Shown here in pieces: positions 27,647 through 36,912 of a stretch of 64,000 nucleotides of DNA. Location: the NCBI GenBank assembly GCA_048270185.1, contig JBLWTJ010000001.1, positions 1,504,001 to 1,568,000 on the forward strand, in the 5' to 3' direction. This stretch comes from Bacteriovoracaceae bacterium (GTDB lineage Bacteria > Bdellovibrionota > Bacteriovoracia > Bacteriovoracales > Bacteriovoracaceae). Positions within the stretch are counted from its first letter, which is position 1. Each line of letters opens with the position of its first letter. The position numbers and the translations under genes were made by a program. Below the pieces are notes generated by a model. That model saw only the letters and a list, made by a program, of their open reading frames with translations, was not told where the DNA came from and did no database searches.

Positions 27647-28708
27647 ATGACAACGATATGGTTAAGAGACGAGGACAAAGCATTTGAGAAACGCACTCCT
27701 CTAACACCAGAGAACGCAAAGAAACTACTTGATGCTGGCTTTGAAGTCATTGTCGAAGAAGCAAAAGATCGCATCTTCCCTATAAGTGAATACGAAGCTG
27801 TTGGCTGTAAAATAGTACCTAGTCACTCTTGGATTACTGATGCTCCAGTAAATGACGACACTTTTATTTTGGGACTTAAAGAATTAAAAGAAGATGACAC
27901 ATTCCCACTAAAAAGAAATCATATCTATTTCGCTCATATCTATAAAGGCCAACATGGAGCTGAGCAAGTATTTAATCGCTACCGAGAAGGTGGGGGAACA
28001 CTATTTGATCTCGAGTTCTTAGTCAATGAGGACAAAAGGCGTGTGGCGGCCTTTGGCTATTGGGCCGGCTATGTTGGTGCAGCATTAAGCGTTGAGAATT
28101 TCTTCTCTGATAAACCAGCGCCACTGAAGCATTACTCTTCAAAGAATGAATGGTTAGAAGTTATTAATAAGAAAAGACAAGGAAAACGCAACCCATGCAC
28201 ATTTATCATTGGAGCACTCGGTCGCTGTGGAAGTGGAGCAAGAGAGCTTCTCTCAGATCTAGAGCTTGAATCAATTAATTGGGATGTTCAAGAAACACAA
28301 GTTGGAGGACCTTTTAGTGAAATTATCAATGCTGATATTTTCATTAATACTGTTCTAATGACAAAGAAGATTTCACCGTTCCTAGATAAATCACTAATGG
28401 AGAAGAATCAGCATCTTTCATATATCTGTGATGTTAGTTGTGATCCAAATAGCGATCTCAACCCTATTCCAATTTATGACATTCATACAACTTGGGATAA
28501 ACCACTTCATAAGATTGAAAGTTCACTTGATCATGAGTGTAATATTATTGCTATTGATAATCTTCCTTCGGCCTTACCTAGAGAGAGTTCAATTGATTAC
28601 TCAGATCAACTGATTGCTCATTTGCTTGAGCTTAAGAATGCGAAGAATTACTACACTTGGAAACATGCTAAAGAAATTTTTGAAGAGAAAAAGTCTACAA
28701 ATAACTAG
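27647..28708 (+). CDS. Saccharopine dehydrogenase (NAD+, L-lysine-forming), LYS1-like
   Basis: 'WLRDEDK.FEKRTPLTP', 'ILGLKEL', 'HIYFAHIYKGQ', 'DLEFL', 'RVAAFGYWAG', 'GALGRCGSGA', 'DVSCD', 'IDNLPS.LPRESS'. Confidence 0.88.
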   Translation: MTTIWLRDEDKAFEKRTPLTPENAKKLLDAGFEVIVEEAKDRIFPISEYEAVGCKIVPSHSWITDAPVNDDTFILGLKELKEDDTFPLKRNHIYFAHIYKGQHGAEQVFNRYREGGGTLFDLEFLVNEDKRRVAAFGYWAGYVGAALSVENFFSDKPAPLKHYSSKNEWLEVINKKRQGKRNPCTFIIGALGRCGSGARELLSDLELESINWDVQETQVGGPFSEIINADIFINTVLMTKKISPFLDKSLMEKNQHLSYICDVSCDPNSDLNPIPIYDIHTTWDKPLHKIESSLDHECNIIAIDNLPSALPRESSIDYSDQLIAHLLELKNAKNYYTWKHAKEIFEEKKSTNN

Positions 28709-28730
28709 ATCTTTTGCTCCTGAGGCAACA

Positions 28731-28752
28731 AAGCCGGGCCTGAACCCGGCTT
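28731..28752. terminator. Hairpin between convergent genes
   Basis: AAGCCGGG-N6-CCCGGCTT. Confidence 0.7.
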
Positions 28753-28786
28753 ATTGAAATAGTATTTTAGCTAAAGACTGGGGCGC

Positions 28787-30820
28787 TTAAATAAGCCCAC
28801 CACGTCTAAGCAGTGCATCGACTTCTGGCTCACGGCCACGAAATCTCTTATATAAATCCATCGGATGCTCCGAACCACCTTTCTCAAGGATATTTTCTCT
28901 AAAGCGATCAGCAATTGTTGTATTGAAGATCCCCTCTTCAAGAAATAGCTCGAAAGCATCTGCATCTAGAACTTCGGCCCATTTATATGAGTAATAACCA
29001 GCAGAGTAACCACCAGCAAAGATGTGACCAAATGAAGTTGAAGTCATTGTGCCAGGAACTTTTGGTAGAAGTTGTACGTCTTGAGTTGCAAGAGCTTCAA
29101 ATTCTTCAACACTTGTGATTGTTGAAGGATCACCTGAATGCCAGGCCATATCAAGAAGTCCAAGACTTAATTGTCGAATCGTGTGACGACCTTCACCAAA
29201 GTTAGAACTATCTTTTAGCTTTTGAACTAGTTCTGCAGGTATTAACTCTCCTGTTTCGTAGTGCTTAGCAAATAGATCAAGACATTCTTTTTCAAATGCC
29301 CAGTTTTCCATAATTTGAGATGGAAGCTCTACAAAGTCCCAGAATACATTTGGGCCAGAAAGCATACGGTACTGACACTTAGTAAGAATACCGTGAAGGG
29401 CGTGTCCAAATTCATGGAATAATGTTGTCACTTCATTGAAAGTTAAAAGTGATGGCTTCGTCTTAGTTGGCTTTGTGAAATTACAGACATTAGCAATATG
29501 TGGACGTACATCTTCACCATTTAGAACATATTGTTCTCTGAAGGCCGTCATCCATGCTCCACCTCTTTTAGAAGCACGTGGGAAGTAATCCCCATAGAAT
29601 AGAGAGATGAAATTTCCATCACGATCAGTGATTTCATAAGTCATAACATCTTCGTGATATTTTGGAACATTATTAACTTCTTTGAAATTTAGGCCATAAA
29701 GCTTTGTTGCAACTTCAAATACACCATTTAAAACGTTTTCTAATTTAAAGTATGGCTTAAGCATTTCATCATCAATGCTATATCTTTCTTTCTTAAGCTT
29801 CTCGTAATAGTACATATAGTCCCAAGAAGCGAAGTCTTCGATACCATCTTGTTCTTTTGCATAGGCCTTCACTTCATCCATATGCTCGATTGCTGATGGC
29901 ATGGCCTTGTCTTTAAGTTGATTTAGAAGATCGAATACATTCTTTGCACTCATGGCCATACGCTCTTCTAGAATATAGTCAGCGTGGCTCTTGTAGCCAA
30001 GAATTCCTGCTCGCTCATATCTAAGTTTTGCAATTCTCTTTACGATTTCTTGGTTATCAAGATCGTCACCTTTTGCACACTTTGTTCCTGAAGCAATCGT
30101 CATTTGCTTTCTTAGTTCACGATTTTTCGCATATGTAATAAATGGACCAAAGCTTGGATAATCAAGAGTGAAGACCCATTTACCATCATGACCTTTTTCA
30201 GTTGCTGTCATTGCGGCTGCTTCAATTAGACCTTCTGGAAGTCCAGCTAGGTCAGCTTCATTATCAAGAACCATTTCAAATTTATTAGTTTCTTTTAGTA
30301 AATGATCTGAGAACTCCAGTCCAAGCTTTGAAAGCTCTTCATCGATCTTTCTAACTTTATTCTTATCATCTTCGCTTAAAAGAGCTCCATTTCTTACGAA
30401 ACCTTTATAGATTTTATTAAGAAGAGTTAGTTGTTCTGCATTTAGGTTTTCGTTTTCTTTATTATCAAAAACAACTTTAACTTTTGCGAAAAGTTCTGCA
30501 TCAAGGTTAACGTCATTCCCATGAGCTGTTAAAAGAGGAGAGAACTCCTTGGCAATCTCATTCATTTCATCATCTGTATTAGCTGATTTTAAGTTAAAGA
30601 AAATCATTGAAATATCTTCAATAGCACTTCCTGAAGTTGCATATGGTTCGATGATATTTTCAAATGTTAACTCGCCATCAAATTTTTTGATCGCCTCGAT
30701 TTCTTCCTTATGCATCTTGATCGCTTCTTTGATCGCTGGCATATAGTGTTCGTTCTTAATTGTATCAAATGGCCTTGCACCATAAGCGTTTGTGAATTTT
30801 TCTAATAATGGATTAGACAT
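28787..30820 (-). CDS. dcp: M3A metallopeptidase (peptidyl-dipeptidase Dcp/oligopeptidase A family)
   Basis: 'KRGGAWM', 'TLFHEFGHALH', 'WDFVELPSQIMENW', 'GYSAGYYSYKWAEVLDADAF'. Confidence 0.92.
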   Translation of the reverse strand: MSNPLLEKFTNAYGARPFDTIKNEHYMPAIKEAIKMHKEEIEAIKKFDGELTFENIIEPYATSGSAIEDISMIFFNLKSANTDDEMNEIAKEFSPLLTAHGNDVNLDAELFAKVKVVFDNKENENLNAEQLTLLNKIYKGFVRNGALLSEDDKNKVRKIDEELSKLGLEFSDHLLKETNKFEMVLDNEADLAGLPEGLIEAAAMTATEKGHDGKWVFTLDYPSFGPFITYAKNRELRKQMTIASGTKCAKGDDLDNQEIVKRIAKLRYERAGILGYKSHADYILEERMAMSAKNVFDLLNQLKDKAMPSAIEHMDEVKAYAKEQDGIEDFASWDYMYYYEKLKKERYSIDDEMLKPYFKLENVLNGVFEVATKLYGLNFKEVNNVPKYHEDVMTYEITDRDGNFISLFYGDYFPRASKRGGAWMTAFREQYVLNGEDVRPHIANVCNFTKPTKTKPSLLTFNEVTTLFHEFGHALHGILTKCQYRMLSGPNVFWDFVELPSQIMENWAFEKECLDLFAKHYETGELIPAELVQKLKDSSNFGEGRHTIRQLSLGLLDMAWHSGDPSTITSVEEFEALATQDVQLLPKVPGTMTSTSFGHIFAGGYSAGYYSYKWAEVLDADAFELFLEEGIFNTTIADRFRENILEKGGSEHPMDLYKRFRGREPEVDALLRRGGLI

Positions 30821-30851
30821 ATTAACTCCTCAATAGATTTTTATGATGAAC

Positions 30852-32069
30852 TTACTCTGAACGGAATCTGAAGGCCATAAGAGAGGCCAGAATTAGCCAG
30901 AGCGTCACAGATAAAACTAGCATATTTTTAGTGAAAGCTAAACTTGTAAAGGCCAATAATAATGCGGAAATCGCCATCTTTGACGCACGATACACAATCA
31001 TATCCACAATATATTTGGCCCCATACTTCTGTTCCTTCGATAATGGGAAGTAGAGCATCTCTTTGGCCGCAGAAAAGATGGAATAATCAAGTCCTTTAAA
31101 ACCAACAAAGAGAATGGCCGTTCCTAAAAGGCCTAAGTACTGAAATAGATCGAGAACGATGAGGAATCCAAATACGACAGGAATTAAAATATGAACAGTA
31201 CTCACCTTTAAATATTTTAAAACAATCGGTATGAGAAGAATTTGAACAACCAATGACACAACATTTATGGCCGAATAAATATTGCCTAAGTAAGCCCCCT
31301 TGGCATTTGCATCATTAAAAACTTCAAGCCCTAAATTAAATTTATAATTGGCGAGGTTAATAACAAATTGAGAAAGAATAATGAGACCACAAATATAGGC
31401 GACATAGGATCTTCTATCCCCTAGTGAAGATATAGGAGAACTCTCTTTTAATTGTAGGTATTGTTTTTGTGTAAAGCTAAAAATTAAAAGAGTGGCGGTG
31501 AGAATCCCCATCCCAAGTCCTGCCGCACCATAAACTCCAAAAGACTTAATTGTGGAAGATGTAATTAAGCCACCAAAAACACCACCTAAAGATCCTAGAG
31601 CACCAAGAGGTCCGTAAACAAGCTTGGCAGTTTTAATATTGATAACAGAGTTTAAGTAACCAAGAGATAAGTGAACAACAAGGATGATATATACTTCTTT
31701 CCAGACAGCAAAGACACCACTTCCAAAGTTTATGCCAAAGTAAACACATCCAATGGCACTGGTCATAATGATGACACTCGTAACAACCACAAGGTTGAAA
31801 ATGAAACCAATAGATTTCGACTTTTGCAGGTAATTGATAAAGCTCACACTAAGAGCAAGGAAAGCAACAGAAGTAAGCCAAATCCAAGGAGTACTCTTTG
31901 CTCCAAAGCTTTGAATAAACAGGGCCGTCGAAGATGAGCGCACCATAGGGTAAGAGAAGAAAGTCAGGAATAGAGTAATTGTGACGAGGAATATATTCTT
32001 TCGATCGTTTTGATCAAGACTAAAGAAGTCGTGATGAATTTCTTTTAAAGTTGTAAGGAAGTTTTTCAT
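30852..32069 (-). CDS. NTT/TLC-family (ATP/ADP translocase-like) nucleotide transporter
   Basis: Multi-TM protein with 'SYPMVRS', 'AK.VYGPLG..GS.GG..GG' and the C-terminal signature 'KGLDYSIFSAAKEMLYFPL..EQKYGAK..VDM..YR..K'. Confidence 0.8.
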   Translation of the reverse strand: MKNFLTTLKEIHHDFFSLDQNDRKNIFLVTITLFLTFFSYPMVRSSSTALFIQSFGAKSTPWIWLTSVAFLALSVSFINYLQKSKSIGFIFNLVVVTSVIIMTSAIGCVYFGINFGSGVFAVWKEVYIILVVHLSLGYLNSVINIKTAKLVYGPLGALGSLGGVFGGLITSSTIKSFGVYGAAGLGMGILTATLLIFSFTQKQYLQLKESSPISSLGDRRSYVAYICGLIILSQFVINLANYKFNLGLEVFNDANAKGAYLGNIYSAINVVSLVVQILLIPIVLKYLKVSTVHILIPVVFGFLIVLDLFQYLGLLGTAILFVGFKGLDYSIFSAAKEMLYFPLSKEQKYGAKYIVDMIVYRASKMAISALLLAFTSLAFTKNMLVLSVTLWLILASLMAFRFRSE

Positions 32070-32692
32070 TGTGTGATAACCATAAGCGAATATTTTTTAT
32101 CTTCTAATTTTGAAAAAGAAGACAAATCAAGCCATTTAGAAGCATCAAGAGTTAAACTTGTTACCTCATTACTCTTATTTTCTGGATAAATTTCAACAAG
32201 GTACTTACCCTCAACACGACGGCAAGTTAAATAAAAAGAATCTCCAGCAATATCTATTGAAAACGACTTATCTTCAATACCTATTAAATCTGTTATTCTT
32301 TCAACTTTCTCCTCTTTTAATTTAGTTTCTTCTTTAAATTTAAATTTACAAAAACTATTTCTAAGAGTCGGTCTTGTACGAGAAACAAATTCATCAGGAA
32401 ATTTTGATTTAATAATTTTAGCAATTAATTCAACTCTCTCAGGTAGAGTTGTGACATTGAGACAATGGCGATTAGAATCAATAGAGACTTTTTCTCCATC
32501 AATTAAATATGATTTTAATTCGTATCGAATTTGATGAATTGGCTTCTTATTATTAAAGCAATAATCAGAAGCACTAACAGATGACGTTACAACTAGTGCA
32601 GCAATAAGATATCTAAGAATCTTTTTGATCTTCCGGTAAGTAAGTATCACCCTTTTGTCCTTCCATGAACTCTTCAGCCGACTTATAGTCAC
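32066..32692 (-). CDS. Secreted hypothetical protein, possible NolW/secretin-N-like domain
   Basis: Signal-like 'LIAALVVTSSVSA'; 'LKSYLIDGEKVSIDSNRHCLNVTTLPERVELIAKII' fits the NolW repeat pattern. Start uncertain. Confidence 0.5.
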   Translation of the reverse strand: MTISRLKSSWKDKRVILTYRKIKKILRYLIAALVVTSSVSASDYCFNNKKPIHQIRYELKSYLIDGEKVSIDSNRHCLNVTTLPERVELIAKIIKSKFPDEFVSRTRPTLRNSFCKFKFKEETKLKEEKVERITDLIGIEDKSFSIDIAGDSFYLTCRRVEGKYLVEIYPENKSNEVTSLTLDASKWLDLSSFSKLEDKKYSLMVITQ

Positions 32693-33191
32693 AAAGACTT
32701 AAAGTTGTTTGAAAATTAAACCCTTTAGGAAGTTTACCATCTTTTGCTAGATCGTCACATGAGCAAGAAAGTGTCTTCATGAAATCAAAGAACTTTGTGC
32801 TCGTTTCTTCACTTAGTAGGTGTTCGATCATACAAGAGTCTTTTTCTGCAATATCTTCAGAGACACCGACAAAGTCTTTAAGAAAGTAATAAAGTAAAGT
32901 TCGAGAAGTTAATGTTTTATGAACTTCATCATGACCAAGATCTGTTAATAGAAGAAACTTTGTATCATCTTCTTCTTTAACGAGGTCTCTTTTCTTAAGA
33001 TTATTTAAGGCAGTTGATACTGATCCTTTCGTTAAACCTAAGTCCTTTGCAATATCAGTTACACGAGCATAACCTTTTTCTTCTTTAAGCTTATGAATAG
33101 CCAAAAGGTAGTGAACCATTGAATGAGAAAGCTCTGCTTCTCTTGGCTTCTTATCTTTAGGAGTTGATGTCGTACTTGTTGTATTGGCCAT
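32613..33191 (-). CDS. DtxR/MntR-family metal-dependent transcriptional regulator
   Basis: 'YLLAIHKL....GYARVTDIAKDLG.TKGSVS.AL..L', 'FLKDFVGVS..AEKDSCMIEHLLS'. Confidence 0.9.
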   Translation of the reverse strand: MANTTSTTSTPKDKKPREAELSHSMVHYLLAIHKLKEEKGYARVTDIAKDLGLTKGSVSTALNNLKKRDLVKEEDDTKFLLLTDLGHDEVHKTLTSRTLLYYFLKDFVGVSEDIAEKDSCMIEHLLSEETSTKFFDFMKTLSCSCDDLAKDGKLPKGFNFQTTLSLCDYKSAEEFMEGQKGDTYLPEDQKDS

Positions 33192-33427
33192 GATTTATCT
33201 CACAAATTAGGTTATGCCTCTAATCTAGCAATTTCAGGTATTATTGGCAAATCTCCATCGAGACATGCCCCAAATTCTGTGCAGCGATTTTCCAGTCTTA
33301 TTATAGCACACATAACTATAAATACCTGAAATTACGTATAAAATTTAAAGGCATATATTACACTCCTCCCCCACGATGCCACAGCATGTTAAAATCACTT
33401 ATAAACTAATAAAATTAAGGATAACCC

Positions 33428-35311
33428 ATGTTTAGAATCTGTTTGCCCCTATTGTTGATGCTCATAATGGCCACGCAAGGCTTTGCGCAGACAACAGATG
33501 GAACAGCTCCTAGTAAAGCCGATGTACAAAGTGGAAATCTCACGGACCAGCAGAAGCACGTCATGGAGAACTTTACTCACCAAGGATATCAGCAACGTGA
33601 AGCAGATGATCTCTGGGCCAAAGAATGTGGAACCAGTGAAGACTGTAAGAATATTCGAAATGGTGGAAATGCGACAGACGGTGAAAAATTTATGGGGATG
33701 AGTCCCTCTATGTTTAAGGCAGTGGGACAAGCTTACTCAATGATTATGCCTGCAATGGCACAAAGTGGTGATAGTAAATTTGGAAAAATTGATCGTACGA
33801 CAAAAGCCGATGTTGAAGCATCATGGTCTGAACGTGGGATGACAAAGAATGCTGATGGAGCTTATGAAGTTAGTAATCAAGAAGATTTTAATAAGTGGAA
33901 TAATAGTCAACCAGAACATAAGCGCTTTGGTGATGATGGTACTCGATTAAAGCAAAAACAAGTAACAAAGAGAACACCAGATGGAAAAGTTACAACAGAA
34001 ACAAAATACGTCGATAAAGATGGAAAGTTAACTGATAGTCCTGATGAAGCTGTCGTCGAAAAACAAGATGAGGTCGCTGCCCAAGAAGAAACTGATGCTG
34101 AAGAAAAAGAAGGTGAAGACTACTGTCAGTATATTCCAATGGGTACAGAAGTAATTGCAGGTGCGCTACAAAAAAGTTCGAATGAATTTGCACTAGCAAC
34201 ACAGCCTGAAATTGAAAACTCACAATCAGGGGCCATGTACAAACAAGCAAGAGCTCATAAAGATAGACAAAAATCAGTTGATATTCAAAGAAAAGGATGG
34301 GGCGCCACAACAGCATGTTACGCTATCGCCATGGCACAACCAGGTGGATACTCAAGCTGGACAAACTACGTAAAGCTAGGTGCTGCAGGTCTTATGACTT
34401 ATTATTATATGTGGGAATATGACCTTCATGATGGTGCAGCTAAAAAGCTAACAGATGTTGCAAACCAACTTAGTGGAAAAGGAAAATGTAATCCAGTTTC
34501 AGACCGCGACTGCTATTGTGGTCAACCAGAAACTCAAAATGATACACAATATTGTTATCCACAAATTCGTCAACGAATGGCCCAAAACAATAACTACCAA
34601 GTAACTTGTGTTGATAATAATGTTAAAGAAGACCCTACCTGTGCGTGTCGCCAAACAAATTCTTGCCTCGACTCAAGAGTTCAGGCAAAGATTAATGATA
34701 TGTACATTCCAGGAGGACTAGGGGCCAGCCTCGATGATTTCTATAAAATGACAAATGGTGTTTCTTCACCTGGAGGAGACACGAGTACATTCAAGGCCAG
34801 TAACGGTAAGTTATTTGCTTTTGCCAATGACAAACTAAAAGAAAATTTAAATAAAGTTAAGATTCCAGACTCTTATAAGAAGAAAGATGAAGGGGTTGCA
34901 TCCACACTAAGAAGCCTAGGTTTCGATGGAGCTGTGGCCAATGCACTATCAGCGGCACCAGAAACAAAAGAGAGTAAGGCAGCTGAAGATAAGCTAAAGA
35001 GAAGCTACCGTGGACTTTCAAGTAGAAACTCTAAAGTTGCCTATGCCAAGAAGAGAGATAATGGACTCTACTTCAGAGGTGGTTCAGGTCTTGATCAAAA
35101 GAAGTCAAATAAGAAGAATCAAGTTAACCCATTTGCAGACTTTATGAAAAAGAAGAAAAAGAAGAATGCACAGGCTTCTGCTGAAATTCTCGATTTTTCT
35201 CAAAAGGCCCAAAGAAATGCAGGAATAACAAAAGACAAATCAAGAAATATATTTGAGATCATATCAAGAAGATATCGATACACAGCAAGTAAGAAATTAG
35301 GTGTTCAATAA
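33428..35311 (+). CDS. Large secreted Cys-rich hypothetical protein
   Basis: Signal peptide 'QGFA', Cys cluster 'CNP..DRDCYC...C...C...C.C...C', Lys-rich tail ending 'NIFEIISRRY...'. Confidence 0.75.
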   Translation: MFRICLPLLLMLIMATQGFAQTTDGTAPSKADVQSGNLTDQQKHVMENFTHQGYQQREADDLWAKECGTSEDCKNIRNGGNATDGEKFMGMSPSMFKAVGQAYSMIMPAMAQSGDSKFGKIDRTTKADVEASWSERGMTKNADGAYEVSNQEDFNKWNNSQPEHKRFGDDGTRLKQKQVTKRTPDGKVTTETKYVDKDGKLTDSPDEAVVEKQDEVAAQEETDAEEKEGEDYCQYIPMGTEVIAGALQKSSNEFALATQPEIENSQSGAMYKQARAHKDRQKSVDIQRKGWGATTACYAIAMAQPGGYSSWTNYVKLGAAGLMTYYYMWEYDLHDGAAKKLTDVANQLSGKGKCNPVSDRDCYCGQPETQNDTQYCYPQIRQRMAQNNNYQVTCVDNNVKEDPTCACRQTNSCLDSRVQAKINDMYIPGGLGASLDDFYKMTNGVSSPGGDTSTFKASNGKLFAFANDKLKENLNKVKIPDSYKKKDEGVASTLRSLGFDGAVANALSAAPETKESKAAEDKLKRSYRGLSSRNSKVAYAKKRDNGLYFRGGSGLDQKKSNKKNQVNPFADFMKKKKKKNAQASAEILDFSQKAQRNAGITKDKSRNIFEIISRRYRYTASKKLGVQ

Positions 35312-35329
35312 AAGTTAAAAGGTGTTTTC

Positions 35330-35716
35330 ATGGAAGAAAAATATCAAGTACCAATTCTCATCTTTGATGATGAATGTCCCCTATGTATTCGTTTTAAAGA
35401 CTCTCTGGCCCGTCTAGAAGGTGCAAAGAAGATTACCTTTATTAGTGTTAATGATGAAAAACTCTATCATGACTTTAAAGACCTCAATAAAGACGAATGT
35501 AAAGAAGTCGTCCACTACATATCAAGTGATAGTAAAATCCTAAAAGGAGAAGAGGTAATAGCACACCTTGCTAAACTCTACCCTCTTGTACATAAATTCA
35601 GCTGGCTTATTGAAAGTGATATGGGAAAGAAAGCGACGAGCTATTTCCATAAGACAACAAATGCATATAGAAAGATGCTTAAAAGAAAGTGTGCAAGCTG
35701 TATGAAAGGCGCGTAA
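35330..35716 (+). CDS. DCC1-like (DUF393) thiol-disulfide oxidoreductase
   Basis: N-terminal 'LIFDDECPLC' DxxCxxC motif. Confidence 0.85.
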   Translation: MEEKYQVPILIFDDECPLCIRFKDSLARLEGAKKITFISVNDEKLYHDFKDLNKDECKEVVHYISSDSKILKGEEVIAHLAKLYPLVHKFSWLIESDMGKKATSYFHKTTNAYRKMLKRKCASCMKGA

Positions 35717-35721
35717 TTATA

Positions 35722-36402
35722 CTATCGCACAAGAGATCGTCTTGAAAACATACAACGATTATACGGCTCTAATGTCAGGGCCGTTAAAACCCAAGTCAAA
35801 CAAAACTCCGCGAATTGAACTTTATTCGAACTAGGGATAAAGATTGTAATAACCAAAAGAAATAAGAAAATAATAACGTGAGTTGCCTTAGGAACTGGTA
35901 GTGCATACTTATCGAAAATATCTTTTACCTTCTCTACTTTTAAATAAGTAATAGGAACAATAAAGAGATATGTAAAAAGAATCACTCTTAGACCTAAGTT
36001 CCAAGACTCGTGAGAAATACCGAGAGCAACTAGCCAGTTTTGAAAATTTGTTTCTAACAGAACTCCTGCAGAAGTTCTAAAAACTTCAGGAGAAGTCCAT
36101 CCAAAAACTCTTTGTCCCCAGCTCACTTCTTCAAAAGCACAAACCGTATAAATGATACCTAGAGCGACTAACATATTAAGGAACTTAGCATCACGAAATT
36201 TAGACAGAACCTTACGACGATAGAAGTAGCCAAAAGAAATCAAACAAAGACCTGTGAATGTTAACCATTCTAAAAGGCCACCATTAGAACTAAGGGCGTC
36301 ATCAAAATAAGCAAGATCAGTTCTCGACATATAGAGGCTGTATATACCAACTACTAAAATCACAAAGAATGAAATATATTCGGTCCATTTAACTTTAAAC
36401 AT
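35722..36402 (-). CDS. Integral membrane protein, 'EExSWGQR' family
   Basis: About 6-7 TM segments, 'GGLLEW', 'FEEVSWGQRVF', 'ETN'; start moved to ATG 36402, just after the rpiB stop. Confidence 0.7.
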   Translation of the reverse strand: MFKVKWTEYISFFVILVVGIYSLYMSRTDLAYFDDALSSNGGLLEWLTFTGLCLISFGYFYRRKVLSKFRDAKFLNMLVALGIIYTVCAFEEVSWGQRVFGWTSPEVFRTSAGVLLETNFQNWLVALGISHESWNLGLRVILFTYLFIVPITYLKVEKVKDIFDKYALPVPKATHVIIFLFLLVITIFIPSSNKVQFAEFCLTWVLTALTLEPYNRCMFSRRSLVR

Positions 36403-36406
36403 ACGT

Positions 36407-36847
36407 TTAATTTTCACCGAGGTCTGCAAACATGTCAATGCGCGTCTGATGTCTGCCGCCTTCAAAGTCTGTCTTAAGCCAGATTTTAGTCATGGCCACA
36501 ACTTCTTCACTTGAAGAAATGCGACCACCAAAGCAAATAACATTTGAGTTATTATGCTCACGTGAAAGCCTAGCATCATCTAAAGAGTGGCAAAGAGCTG
36601 CACGAATTCCCTTAAATTTGTTGGCCACAATACTAACACCAATACCAGAACCACAAAGAAGAACCCCTCTTCCCTCTTTTTGGACAGCTCTTGCAAGTGC
36701 AACAGCATATTCAGGGTAGTGGCACGATTGCGTTGAATGAGTCCCTAGGTCCTCAACTTCATAGCCTTCTTCGATTAAGAAATTCTTTACTGCTTCTTTT
36801 TGTTCAAATGCGCCGTGGTCGGTTGCTAGGTAGATTTTCTTGCTCAT
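36407..36847 (-). CDS. rpiB: Ribose-5-phosphate isomerase B
   Basis: 'ATDHGA', 'LLCGSGIG..IVANK..GIRAA', 'SREHNNSNV', 'FEGGRHQ.R'. Confidence 0.95.
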   Translation of the reverse strand: MSKKIYLATDHGAFEQKEAVKNFLIEEGYEVEDLGTHSTQSCHYPEYAVALARAVQKEGRGVLLCGSGIGVSIVANKFKGIRAALCHSLDDARLSREHNNSNVICFGGRISSSEEVVAMTKIWLKTDFEGGRHQTRIDMFADLGEN

Positions 36848-36868
36848 GAATAAACCTCAAATAAGAAA

Positions 36869-36884
36869 GCCTCCTTACGGAGGC
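36869..36884 (-). terminator. Hairpin downstream of ahcY
   Basis: GCCTCC-N4-GGAGGC flanked by A/T runs. Confidence 0.6.
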
Positions 36885-36912
36885 CTTTATTTATTATATT
36901 AGCACGTACTGC

